DNA of 63,479 nt, filler included, from Rhabdomonas costata (taxonomy: Eukaryota), in NCBI GenBank assembly GCA_019059605.1. It is 27 parts of 27 records of this genome, joined end to end, with 100 filler letters (N's around TTAATTAATTAA, not from the genome) between each part and the next. Parts side by side here need not be neighbours in the genome. Positions count along the whole stretch, not along the records: positions 11,775 to 14,028 come from JAHMHO010004497.1; positions 14,129 to 16,382 come from JAHMHO010004498.1; positions 16,483 to 18,735 come from JAHMHO010004499.1; positions 18,836 to 21,090 come from JAHMHO010004500.1; positions 21,191 to 23,444 come from JAHMHO010004501.1; positions 23,545 to 25,798 come from JAHMHO010004502.1; 21 more parts are not named here. The stretch is one strand, 5' to 3'. The notes under the pieces were generated by a model. That model was not told where the DNA came from. It was given only the letters and a program-made list of their open reading frames with translations, and made no database searches. The first letter of the stretch is position 1. Every line of letters starts with the position of its first letter. Both the position numbers and the translations under genes were made by a program. Positions 11,987 to 24,225 of this stretch are shown here, one piece after another.

Positions 11987-14005
11987 ATCCTCCGGGCGGA
12001 GTTCTACGAGGCCCAGGCCTCGCACTCTGCTCAGGTGGCCGAGCTGCAGACCTGCCTGGAGGCGGCGCGGGAGAAGCTGCGGATCTATGCCGCGCTGGAG
12101 CTGGAGACGGACGACCTGATCTGCAAGTACGGTGCTACTGCGGCCTCGGCCAGTGGTACGCTCCTGCTGCTTTCTCCACTCCGACACGTGCACCAGCTCT
12201 GGTCTCCTCAGACAAAAGAAACTAACCACACACAAGGTGCACACCCTGCTCAAGAATATGGACCAATTGCGGAGATTGAAGGGTGGTTCGTTTGCAGATC
12301 GTGCACCGTAAATTCTAATCCCTTGCTCCGAGTAGCACCTTTATATCCTCCATCCAGTCACGTCCTCGCCAGTCACCCCTCAAACACACTTGCTATTTGC
12401 GATTTTTGCAATTATGGATGACCTGGGGAGGAAGGGAGCTGGGATTGGGAGGGGGGATGATCAAGACCCCCAACTGCACATCTAACACATGTCCCAGCAA
12501 AAAAGCTTGAACCTTTAGGTCGCCACAACGTCAGCAACGGCAATTGCAGCGCCACTTAAATGGTCCCAAAAGGGAAGTTTTGTTCCAAAATTACCAAACC
12601 GAACCCCTCTCCCGGGACCCGTTTCAGACAGAACACTACGTACTCCTGTCCCTGACTGAATTCCTGTGTGGGGTGGAGGATGCAAGGAAGGACTTTTCCT
12701 TGTGATGTCACCTGACGCAGAGGCGGAACAAGCGCTTTGCACTGCGGAAGCCTCCAGGAGCCTGGTGTGTGTGGGCGAGTGGGTTGCTGCACACGTTGTG
12801 ACTGAGCATTGCTGTGGTACTGGCAAAGGTCCTTATATTCGTTTTTTCACCATAACTGCGCTCTCTCTCTTTCATGGGAGTTTTTCTCATTCTGTATCAG
12901 ACACAATTGTACTTTGACACTGCTTTGGTCTCGTTTCGTCACGCATCCATCCTGTGACCAAGCTGCTCCTCTATTTTTTTTGGGGGGGGGGGAAGCGCCT
13001 TTTGCAAAATACAAAAAGAGACCTTACATGCGGTTTTCTGCCGTGGTTTTGGGAATGCTGCTCATTACGCGGGTCCTTTTATGCGTAGTTGTCCTCATGC
13101 AGGCATATGGGGGTGGTGGGTAGGGCTGCGTGCCCACGGTGGCCTCCCGGCGGGTGCAGCAGGCCATTCAGTTGGCCCGCCAGGCCACCCAGCTGCAAGC
13201 CCAGGTGCTCACCTTGCGGCAGGAGCTGCACGAAAAGAGCGCCTCCGAGCAAGCCGCCAAAGCCGAGGTCCCTGCCCCGCATTCCTGCATGTGCCGATGA
13301 TTTTTCGATATGCTTGCGCTTGTGTTTAACTGAAGTGGGATGAGTTGAAGGCTTCGATTGAAGAAGCTGCGGGTGTCTGCCATCAAATTCCTAGAGAAAC
13401 GCTATGGCGGGACGGTGCTATTGCCATAATCAGCATGCTCCCTTCTCAAGTGTGATTTTTCCGAATTTTTCCTATTGGAAAATCGACCCAAGTGCACAGC
13501 TGACGGCTTCATATTTGCCATGGTTTCTGACTCAAATGCTCGTTTACACAGACGCGCGCGCTTCGCAGCTGACGCGGCTGAAGGGACTTGTGGGCAGCAC
13601 AACACAGCCTTACAGCTTCTTCATCACCACCCTGCAAGACAAGGACAAGGAGCTCGCTGGGCTGACTCTGAGCCTTAGGTGCCCCAGTCCAATGCGCGGT
13701 CACATGCTAATATGCAATAGACGACAGGTCGGAAGATTAGCTGAGGGCTGGGTGCCTGGGCCTTGACTCACCCTCTGAAATATTGCTAAAGGGCATTGAG
13801 CTGAGCGTCACCAGGACCACTCCTTCCTTCCGTTATGTGTGAGCACCTGCGAATTAAGTTCAACAATGATGTCCTGCTTTGAACTTGGTGAGTCGAGAGC
13901 TTCATTTTTGCATCACTACATTTTCGCAAAACGCGCAGTGAGATGCGAGCGAGATACGACTCTCTCCTGGCGACCCATGAGGCCCTGCAGAAGGACATGG
14001 AGAAG
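11987..14005 (+). CDS. PIBF1: PIBF1/CEP90 centriolar coiled-coil protein, C-terminal exons
   Basis: ILRAEFYEAQASHSAQVAELQ...LRIYAALELETDDLI, EAEQAL, GCVPTVASRRVQQAIQLARQ and STTQPYSFFITTLQDKD parallel PIBF1 motifs EFYSLQ, LDIYEKLEKELDEII, VPTTAKRRLKQSVHLAR and QQPYRYLIES in the same order. Confidence 0.85.
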
Positions 14006-14212
14006 GCAGCCCCGCCCATCTCCCGGACNNNNNNNNNNNNNNNNNNNNNNNNNNNNNNNNNNNNNNNNNNNNTTAATTAATTAANNNNNNNNNNNNNNNN
14101 NNNNNNNNNNNNNNNNNNNNNNNNNNNNGGGGGTTGGGCCATTCTCCGCCATTGACCCCCAGTGCAGCTCAGCATTGCAGAATCGCCTAATACAACACAG
14201 CCGTTAAAGGGG

Positions 14213-15828
14213 CTAAGACTCTCGAGAGGGCCCTGCTATCCGGCGGGGTGCAGGGCAGCTCAGTCCCGTGCGGTTCCCTCGATGCTGAGCCAAGGGTCGC
14301 AGCCCTCCTCGGCCTACCCAGTGCGGGACGTGCTTCTGCACGGTGGGCATCTGCGAGGGGTACCCGGAGAGCAGCCGCAGGTGGGCAGTAACCATCGCCA
14401 TCTCGGGCACGGGGTCGTGCCCAAAGACGTACAGCGGCGCGGGGTGACCAGCTGAGGCCCAGGCCTGGCACACAGCAGACATCACCTCGTAGTGCTGAGG
14501 GTGGTCCGTGAGACCCACGGCATCTGTGGGGAGGAAGAGAAATATAACACCAGGGGGGAGGGTGTTCTGCCGAGATATTTGGGTAAAGAGGTAAAAAGGA
14601 GAAGAATCCATCTGCCCTTTGCCCTCTGCGTCTGCGGGCTCCATGCGGTAGAGGTCCAGAGAGTCCAGCATTGGCGTCTCTGGCTCTCGACGCTTTCACC
14701 GGCATTGCCATCTCGTTTGGCGCGGTTGGCCCAGTTGCCCAACCAGTGCCAGGTGCAACGTATAGGGCGACCGGGCAACGGAAACGGTGCCAGTTTTACA
14801 AAAACGAAAACCGTTTCACAAAAAGGGGTTAGTTAAACTGTGCCAGCGCCCCCCCCCCAGATGGCGCAAACAACGACCAGATAGCGGGGGCTCAATTGAA
14901 CGCAATCCATCCCCTCGAGTGGTGATGTAGTGGAACGTTTTTGGGGAGGTTGGAATAAGCAAAATAGAAAGCCAAGAGAATGAAGATGATAAATGGGAAA
15001 TGGCTGTGTCCAGGGGCAAGCCCCGTCAAAAGTCTGCCCACAAAACTCTTCCGCGGTCGCAAAAATCCAAACCAGGGCGGCACACCATGAGTAACTATCT
15101 TTTGCCATCGCTGGGACGTGATGATTGTCTTCAGGGGAGTCTCTAGCCCAGCAAGCAGCCCTGGCCGAATAAGCCCTTAGAAAAGAAGACAACGAAAGGC
15201 TCGAATTCCAGGGGGGCACAAAAAGTTCACTAAGCAAACGAGCCCTTCAAAAAACCTCGCCCTGCTTTTGTATGTGTGGGATACGCATGTGGCTACAGGC
15301 AGAAGCAGTGTACGCACGTAACTCCACAGGCACTGAGATGCGCACGCTGATGCAAATGACTGCAGAAGAAACGTGGAAGTGTCGACAAATGGGAGCAAAA
15401 ATGGCTTTCTAACAGCCCTTTCCCTTGAATGGCACAGATTTGTTGTTAGCAGTGGTGGCTCGTGAGCTCATTGGATCCCACAGAATTCATTTCCGTAGCA
15501 GGGAAACTCAAGTCAATTCAATTTCAGTCGCCGGAAGACTGTTCCGCTCACCCAGAGTGTGATCCCAAAGTGAAGGGGCAGCATGCTCAATTTAACGCTC
15601 ACAGGATACATCTGGCAAGCAATTGAGGAGCGGGTTTACGGACCTTTGGACCACGAGGGGTACCCCAAGAACTTGCACGACGCGTTGAGTAGCAGGCAGA
15701 CGTGGTTCAGCTCGAACCGTCTCCACTCGTTGTCGTGGGTCGCGGAGACTATTACCCAGGGCGCGGTGCGCAGCAGGTCCACCCCGACAAACAGGGTCTC
15801 GTCATCAGGATGGGCCACTACAAGCAGG
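14213..15828 (-). CDS. LmbE/PIG-L-family Zn-dependent N-deacetylase (3 exons, 5'-partial)
   Basis: Exons 15828-15644, 15175-15086 and 14523-14213 join in phase: LLVVAHPDDETLF...RRFEL...|...WQKIVTH|DAVGLTDHPQHYEV...LYVF...LLSGYPSQ. HPDDE and HxxH motifs are intact. Confidence 0.85.
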
Positions 15829-18800
15829 CTGGGCAGGCTCTCCCTAGGGCGAAAAGTGGTAAACGGACAGCTCTCTCTCTCTCCCCCTGGAAAGTCCTAA
15901 ATCGGTTGCTATGCAGAGGTTGCAGCTTCACTGCGACCCGCTGGCGGTTGCACATAAGCTAACCTCCAATAACGGAATTTCTTCCAACACGACTCACCGA
16001 GGCAAACCACGCTGCCTGTCTCATTGTGCCCTCCCCTCTTTGGTCACTGTATCCAGCTCTTCGTAACGGTTGCCTGCACGACAGAAACCGGACATTTGTT
16101 TCTCCTTTCTGAACAGACTGTCGCGACCTGTTGAAGCTGTGCATTTTTTGTTCTTTGCTGTTCAGTGCTCAAAACCAGAAAATCACCACCATCAAAGCAC
16201 CAGGAAGAACTCCAACAAAAAGTTCAAAAATGTGTTGTATGACAGCAGTGACGGAAACCGCCGATAATGCAGACCTGTACAAAAGATAATGCAGACATAT
16301 ACAAAACACATGTGCCATTAAGCGCACATTTTCACCTTCAAACGTTACTCTGACTTTGAAAACACCGCGAAGACCAAACCCCNNNNNNNNNNNNNNNNNN
16401 NNNNNNNNNNNNNNNNNNNNNNNNNNTTAATTAATTAANNNNNNNNNNNNNNNNNNNNNNNNNNNNNNNNNNNNNNNNNNNNTGTGGTGGGTGTGGTTGG
16501 TTTGTGTTTGTGATTCCGTCACCGTTGTGTTGCCGTCTGTGGGACTGCTCGTATTGACCACGGTGGTCATATTTCTGAAGGTCTTGAAGTGTCTTGAAGC
16601 TAGTCTTGCCGTTATAGGCCTCCTTCTTTTGTCAGTTTGCGCCGCTGCTCGGCATGTTCACTAGGTTTTCATCGGCAATCGGAATGGAGCAGCGGGGTTC
16701 GGTGAGGCCATCGACGATAACATCAAAGAAAGTACGTCGATGCGCCTTGTTTTGAAAGCAAAATCTGAAAACATGCTGGCTTGAACCGAGAGTTCAAGCT
16801 CGGTAGAGAAGAGGCGATGCTGTTTTTCAGGTCTGAGGCATTGCAAATTGTGCAGGAGATTGGGCGACTACAAATTTTGGTGGCTCTTGTGTGTTGACAA
16901 ATACTGGCCGCATAATGACGCTGTGCTCCAGTGTTGCCGTGTGAAGGTTTAGTTGATGACGTCTACGTTTTGCGCCCCTTTTCTCTCACCTCGCTTGCAT
17001 GCTTGAGTGAGGCGAAAGGGCAATCACCACGAAAAAGATTGTCAGGTGAGGGGGGTTTTCGGTAGCGTGGGACTCTGCGCCAACTTAATAATACGGTGAA
17101 CGGTGAAAATGAAAATTTCCCGTTTTTTCATGGCTTCGGCAATTCCCTCATGCAGGAACCCCTGCCCTTCGGAGGGCAATCCAGAATGCCTTCGCCAACC
17201 TCGTCGTGATTGACAACACCTACAGTATGTTCCCAGGCTGCTGTTGTGCAGGGGAACAGCCTGTTGTTCAGTTTTTGTTGCTGCCCGTTTTGTTGTTGCG
17301 ATCGCTAGCAACGAAAAAGAACATGACTTTGTGAGTATGCGCCCCATGGGTTTATACCCTCCTCCCACCATGTGCGTGCGGTTTTCAGAGCCCAGTTACG
17401 GTTTGTCCGTGAGGTGTTGTCTAGGGTCCCTGCTCCTCCGCCTTTTCTTTCGCTGGCGAGCTTAGGAAAGGGTGGGCCGACGCGCGCGTTGCAGGGAAGC
17501 TGCCTTACCCCATTGAGGTGCAATGGAGGCACGTCCGCATGTACATGACTCCGTCCGACGACATGTTGGGCCATCCCGCGCTGAGACGGGTCAGATCACC
17601 CGCACATGCGCATACCCTGCTTACTCACCACTACCCACCAAACCACCGCTAATGGCTGCCCAAAATCCATTTCTCCCTGCCTCCTGTTTGCCCCACAACC
17701 CTTCTTCTTTCATTCTGGGGTTGTTTGGAGTGCTACACTCCGCATCTGCGCTCTCTGCGGCTGCACCCTTCCAAGAGCTCTCCCGAATGGTTAGTACTGG
17801 AATGGTCTTGCGTGTGCCCTTCACAGATTTGGTTAGTACCGTACACTTCAAAATTGCCTCTGCCAGGATCGGTGCCAATTCCAAAAACGGAGTCACGTGC
17901 GTCGCACTTCCACATTTTTTTCCGTATCTTTTGTCTGTCCGGGTGTAACCCACTTGTCTCCTCCGCCCCCCCCCCCACACACAAGAACCTGCATCTACGC
18001 TTTGCGGCTTTCTCGTGTCCTGCTTCCTTCTATTTTCTGTGCGTTTATATTTTTTCCGCGTTACCTCAAAAAAGGGAGAATTTATGCTCGCTATAATTTA
18101 AGGTGTACTTCTAGAGCGAAAAAGAGAGAGAAAACACGCTTTTTCAGAAAGGTCTCATTTGTTTCATAAAGTCGCACGCAGTGTGAGAAAAGGATGTCAC
18201 TATGTCGCCTTTTCAGTGCGCGTTTGCAAAGAAAGGCGCTAGTGCACTTATGCCCCCCCCCCTGGTAGGGTGAGCTGTGAAGTTTCGTGTTTTCGGTCCC
18301 CTTTCTGAGTTTGCTGGGGGTTAGGAGGTGATGCATGTGTTCCCTGGGATTCTAAAGCAAGTAATACCGAAGAGAATAGTGCGCAACCAATTCCGATGTG
18401 ACGTTTTTTCACGGTGACTTTCAAACGGTGGCCTTTTTCGGCGTTGGATATTCTGTTTTTACCGTCAAAGCGTAAGTTCTTTCTATACGGTGTAACCTGC
18501 TTTGCGATAGTGCGCAACGAATTTTTCCCTTTGGTGGCAGGGTGGTGGCAGTGACCGGGTGTGCTACGCCCCTCGTCATCGACTCATTTCGAGGTTTTTT
18601 GTAAAGGTTGCAAAACCATTGGATTGAAAATTTTCGGGCTTTGACGGAAAACCTGTATCTCAACTGGAAACCTTGTCAGTGTGGCCTGGTTTCCAGTTGA
18701 GATGCAGGTTTCCCGTCAAAGCCCGAAAACCCAACNNNNNNNNNNNNNNNNNNNNNNNNNNNNNNNNNNNNNNNNNNNNTTAATTAATTAANNNNNNNNN

Positions 18801-19018
18801 NNNNNNNNNNNNNNNNNNNNNNNNNNNNNNNNNNNGTGGTGGGTGTGTTTGGTTGTTTTTTTGATTCAACTGCATTGATGAGGTTGTGAGGTTGTTTTGT
18901 GATGAGGATGAGACCTATTGGCATCCAGTATAGGCAGGCACTCACAATAAAGTATCATTCTTCTTGTTGTGTTTTTTTTTGGTAGAAAGCAATGTACACA
19001 CATCTCTTTTCCTGACTA

Positions 19019-20050
19019 ATGTCTGAGTGGCGCGCCGCCATGTTGGGCACACAGTTTGTACGGGCATGCTTTGAGCTGAAAGCTAAAATATGTCATCATG
19101 AATGGCCAGGGCGTAAATGGTTAGATTCAATTGTGATAATACTGCTCAAACTCTTGGAATCGTACTTGGACGTTCATGGGACCGTTTTCCGGTCCGGAAG
19201 CGTGGTTCTGGAGGTTGGCGGGATGGGGCGCGCTATTGGTCCCAAGCTTGTTGTCTTCGGCCTTTTCCTCCGCACACAAGACCTCTGGTTTGGACCGACG
19301 TCAGGTGGTATTTCGGGCGGAGCGCCAGCACGGAGAAGAACTCTTTCCGAGACCGCCCGCCAAAAAGCAGTTTACCCGTCAAGGGATAACGCGCACGTGA
19401 CGGCCACGGCCACGAGCCCGACACCCAGACAACTCAGACATACAACCGGGATTTCTGAATCGTCTTTGCCCGTGACATGAAATCTTCCTGAGCGCGGTGT
19501 TTGGAAAGATCGGACTCCCAGGTTGCCAGTTCCACACTAATCTTATCGCATTGCACCCCGTCAACCGGAAAATCTCCCTCAGAGCTGTATTGGCACTTCC
19601 TTTCTGATAAAACATTGTCTGTCTTCCTGCCTGCCGGGCTCGTTTCCAAAAAAGGCATTTGGTGATTCCGCCCATGGGTCTATTTTGGGTATTATGGAGG
19701 TGAACATAACGGAGGTGAAACGGGCCTCTCCCGGTTTACAGCCTTGCTATGAACAGCAGGCAAAGGCAACGGTGTACGCTAACCCGCTCCAGGAATGCGC
19801 GGGCTGCAATACGGTCATTTGCGTGCGAAGTGGGGGGCAGGCACTTCGATGCTTCTGCACGGGATTCACTTCTTCCGTCCGTGTTCCTCTAAAATTTCTT
19901 TTTCATTCCTATGATGGAACCGTGGGTGCATCTGCGTTGCTTGGGTTGGGGTGGGGCAGTAGGAGAGCCTATTATTTAACCAATGTGTTTTGTTTTGATT
20001 GGAAGTCGAAGAGGCGATCAATTCAACAGCTTGTCAAAGGCTGCGGCCTT
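19019..20050 (+). mobile_element. Highly degenerate Ty3/Gypsy-like integrase relic
   Basis: Across frameshifts and in the expected order: FVRACFELKAK (FVRxCxxCQxxK), LDV/MGPF, FGP, WKD..RLP..*SYRIAP + STGKSPSELY (YRxTPHxSTGxSPxEL), QQAKATVYAN. Confidence 0.45.
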
Positions 20051-20836
20051 TGAACGCCTATAACTGTCCGAGCGGAGTAGGAACCAGCAGAACTTTTCGA
20101 GCGCAGAATCGAACGACTGAAAAGTATGGCCGCAAGGTGTACGTGCACTATTGAAAGCAAAAGACAGCCTTCACCAACGAGAGAGGGAGGTCGTATCACT
20201 GTAGAGAAAAGCAGTGTGTGTGTGTGCTCAACTAACTTACATGACGAGAAAATAAGACGTGCTCCGGCTGAATTGACCAGTGCACGCGCATCACGAGCCA
20301 CAAAAGGGCAGACGGACAAGTAGTGTGCTGCTTAGGCACTTCGAGGAACTTATAGCCTGTGTATGTAGGCATGTGGGTATGTATACAATTGTGCATGAGG
20401 AGACTTAACAGCCACAGCAGCACCACGAGGAGGATCAACGTGTCAAACCTGAGAGTACACAGAGAAGAGCCAACCGAACAAGAGGCTTCATTTCTCCTCT
20501 TCTCTGACTGGCTGAACATTTCCCCTACTACGTACCTTTCCTTCTACCGCGCACCATTGAAAGAAAAGAGAAGCACCGCCACGCCGCGACCCTGCCAACG
20601 TGAGTGCACACTGTGCCTGAGGCAGATCCATACTATCGCCTCTGGCAAGGCACGCACCCGAGAGAACCGTTCAGTGCCCTTCCAACCAGAAATACAACTA
20701 CTACTACTATACAGAAAATGCATCGCACTGCTAAAACAACGTATCCGAAAGGGAGAGCCGAACTTCTGCCATATGTCACTTCCCAGCGACACAAACTTCT
20801 GCAAACCTCTACCCCGAGAGAGAAGATGCGGCTCCT

Positions 20837-21041
20837 TCACAACTGGGGCCCCGCCGCGCTCCCCCGGATCTGCATCTCCACCTGCTCCGCCCTGGCGATG
20901 TAGCCCTGCAGCTGCAGGGTTCCCATACGCAGCAGGCTGAGCATGGGCCGGGCCACCGCCAGGGAGGTGCTGCTCAGCGCTCGCCCCAGCCCAGCAACCA
21001 TCCCTCGGCGCTGCTGCACCGTAGCCACGGCCATAGTCCTG
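20837..21041 (-). CDS. Terminal exon, possibly an ATG2/VPS13-type C-terminal amphipathic region
   Basis: cag| acceptor; GC3-rich frame RRGMVAGLGRALSSTSLAVARPMLSLLRMGTLQLQG...*, loosely like the ATG2 C-terminus (GVxGAVGxVLRxxPxAVVRP). Confidence 0.35.
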
Positions 21042-21639
21042 GGGCCACAGCAAGACGGGCTCAAAGAGGTTAAGGGAAAACCCCAACACANNNNNNNNNN
21101 NNNNNNNNNNNNNNNNNNNNNNNNNNNNNNNNNNTTAATTAATTAANNNNNNNNNNNNNNNNNNNNNNNNNNNNNNNNNNNNNNNNNNNNGGGGGTTGGG
21201 GGGCAGCGCATGCTTGCTGTCCGAGGGGAGCACTCCTGGCGCATGTGGTGTGTGTGAATTGAGAGACAGGTTTCCTTTTTCTTAGTCGGATTTCACCAAC
21301 AAACCAACAGGGTACGAGCAAGGACAAGCGGAGACACTAAGAAGAGAAGCCGAAAAGAGAAGGAGCTAAATTGGGTGGCTACATAAGAAAAACTAACTAT
21401 TCAAAGCAATATCTTTCAGGCTAGCGGAATAGCGGTGGCAAGCAATTTAATCTGACTGAAGTGTGGTCATGGAGAAGAAAGAAGGCCCCTTGCTCGGTTG
21501 CACTGGCGCAAGACACCATCGGAAGTGTTACTGTTTGAAAAACTGAAGTGTAGAGATGTATGAGGGGCCGTCCAGGTGCGGAGCAAGCAATATCTGGAAG
21601 GAAGCGGATGAGCCAGAAGGAAGAACGCCCTCCACAGAC

Positions 21640-23201
21640 CCATCAGTTGCTCAAAGGGCTTGAAGGGCTCCCCAGGGGTCATCTCGTATTTGTTGTCGAC
21701 GTCCACGCTGGCGGACAAGTCGGAGGCGAACGGGGAGTAGTGGAAAGGGTAGAACCTGTACGCAAACATGATATATATGATGTAGCCCTCCAGTCCATCT
21801 CTTCACACCAGAAGAATCGTCAGCTGCATATATCGTTCATGAATGACAGCCTGCACAGCCATACAAGGTCACAGGAAAGCCGGAGAGAAGCGGCATACCA
21901 CTTCCACGACGGGCAGCCGTTGAAGTAGTACCTGCTCGGGAAGCAGAGGAAAGAAGGGATTAATGCGTGGCGCCTGGCGAAGTCGTAACCACAGCTCCAT
22001 GGAAACATCAAACGCGAGATTGGAACTAGAACCAATTACGCAGCCCTACAATCAGCAGCATAGATGCATCGCCACTGCGACGTGCGAAGGCAAAATAAAA
22101 AAGAAACGCATCTCGCCAGACAACTCAGAGATGGGCGTTAACCTTAGCATACGATGCTCCCTGCAACAGTGTAGTGGACGTGGTGGTATGTTATGTTGTG
22201 TGGGAGTGCTGCCCAAAAATATTAATACAGATTAATAAAGATTAATACGTTTTACACAAACCCTTCGGAACCCTAAAGACCAGGAAAAGGCGATGACATC
22301 GGTAATTGCAGTGAAAAAGCCCCATCTGTTTGTGCGCTGCATGCACTCAATCGGGCTTACATTTAAAATTAGCTGCGCTGCTTCATTACAAAAAAAGAAA
22401 AACCAAAGAACACGAACTCAGAAGCACGCCGAAATCACAGGAATATGTCAACATGCCGGAACACCCAAACCAGGCCCTCGAAGTAGCTCTCCGAGGCGCT
22501 GGAGGCCTTGGCGATGATGTCGGCAGCATCCCCCGCCCCAAGCTTGCTCTGGTAATACCTACGACAGAGACCATGACCTTTCTTCAATTTGCACAGGAAA
22601 AACGCTGCTTCCGCGACCTCACTCTGTGACAAATTTTTTTTTTCGGTTTTAAACCGCTGACTTTTTGGATGCTGGTTATACTGTTTTTCTTGATAAACCA
22701 CAAGTTCGATGTAACCTGCTTTGCAGTTTCCCTTGTTTTTTGAGTTTTTTGAGCTTGGCGGCAGGAGGCGTATTCCATTCCTGATCGAAGGGAGTAAATT
22801 GCATAGGCACAGTAATGATGAGTAGTAGTGATGCAAGGTCTTCTTCTTGGACTCCAGGGGAAAGGAAACTGGCTTTCGCTTTAAGATCGAACCAAGACTG
22901 AACCCTAAAAGTTAAAGGAAATAGTGTGTACTTCACACTGCCACACTGCCCCCCCCCCTCCGGTTTTTTTGGCAGGTTTCCAGTTTTTCTTCAGGCAAGA
23001 ACTGGCCATCTACCGTAAGAAAGATTTGAGATTGGGTATTTAATGCTCCAAGAAGAGGAGAAGGAGGGGGGAGGGCAGTGGAATAACCGCTCTTTCCACC
23101 CAGGCTCCCCGAATCTCACCGAGTCGGGTTGACGCCCCTCAACGTTGTTCATGTCTTCCTTCTTGAACAACATCAGGTCGGCAAGCAAATCCGCGGGCGG
23201 C
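21640..23201 (-). CDS. XRN-family 5'-3' exoribonuclease (partial, 4 exons)
   Basis: DSVRFGEPGWKER|YYQSKL...SYFEGLVWVFR|YYFNGCPSWKW|FYPFHYSPFASDL...GEPFKPFEQLMG, the conserved XRN region 2. XRN1 versus XRN2 not resolved. Confidence 0.95.
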
Positions 23202-23544
23202 CTGAAACCCACCACCACACCGTCCGCGCCCTACTCACAATCTTGATGGTTGAGGATGGGGCTTAAGCCGAAGCACAGGAAACGGCTGCGCGCTGGTCCT
23301 TGCACCCCAGACCAGTCACTTCCATTTTTGGCGGCTCATATATATACTGTACAATCTTGTGCCGCTTCTTGCCCGCTGCAGTCGGAGGGTTTGACGGGGG
23401 CACCCACAACTCAGGGGAAAGCAAAAACAACGAAAAAAAAACAANNNNNNNNNNNNNNNNNNNNNNNNNNNNNNNNNNNNNNNNNNNNTTAATTAATTAA
23501 NNNNNNNNNNNNNNNNNNNNNNNNNNNNNNNNNNNNNNNNNNNN

Positions 23545-23860
23545 TATCGACTGCGTCCCAAAGAGTGTCGAAGGGCACCCTCTGGTCCATGTCTTTGAAC
23601 GCCTCCTGGACGGTCTGCCGGCGCTGGTCAACCAGTTCCAAAGCCGTAGGGTCCGCAAACTCCAGCTGGCCTTGCACGGTGCAGCGCACGCGTTCCAGGA
23701 TCAGCAGAAAGTCCCGGGGCCTGACCTCCTCAGCTTCGCTGGCGCACTGCAGCATGTCCCGCAGGATCCGCTTCCCCAGGTTATAGAACGCTGCGATGAG
23801 GTCGTCCTTGGACATCGACAGGACTCCAAACACCGAGGAGGCAAAGGGCAGATGCTTGTC
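23545..23860 (-). CDS. Exon of unknown helical protein, probably downstream exon of the ART gene
   Basis: gcag| acceptor, GC3-rich open frame DKHLPFASSVFGVLSM...FDTLWDAVD to contig end; same strand, about 370 bp downstream of the ART ORF. Confidence 0.55.
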
Positions 23861-24225
23861 CTGCAATCCTGGCCATTTTGGGCTCTACCGAAGTGTAAAT
23901 TTATGCGGTGCTATTATCGTTTTCTTTTCGGGAGAAGGGCGCAGTTCGATTGGGGACCGGGGTACCCCCAGCTCTCAAAAAGTACTCGAACAGTGAAGAT
24001 GTAACAGAAGTTCAAGAAAACAACTGGTACCAATGTTTAACTATTCACCATACATTATTGACTACACACACATGGTCGAAACTCAGGCTAAATAGGAGTG
24101 AACAGATAAGCAAGTTGACCTACTGCATATCAGAAAAGGGCGAAAAGGGGTTTTTTAAAAACCAAAAATCATTCTTGGACCGGTTCACCCAAAAGGAATG
24201 AACGGCAGGGCATACTGGCCTAATA

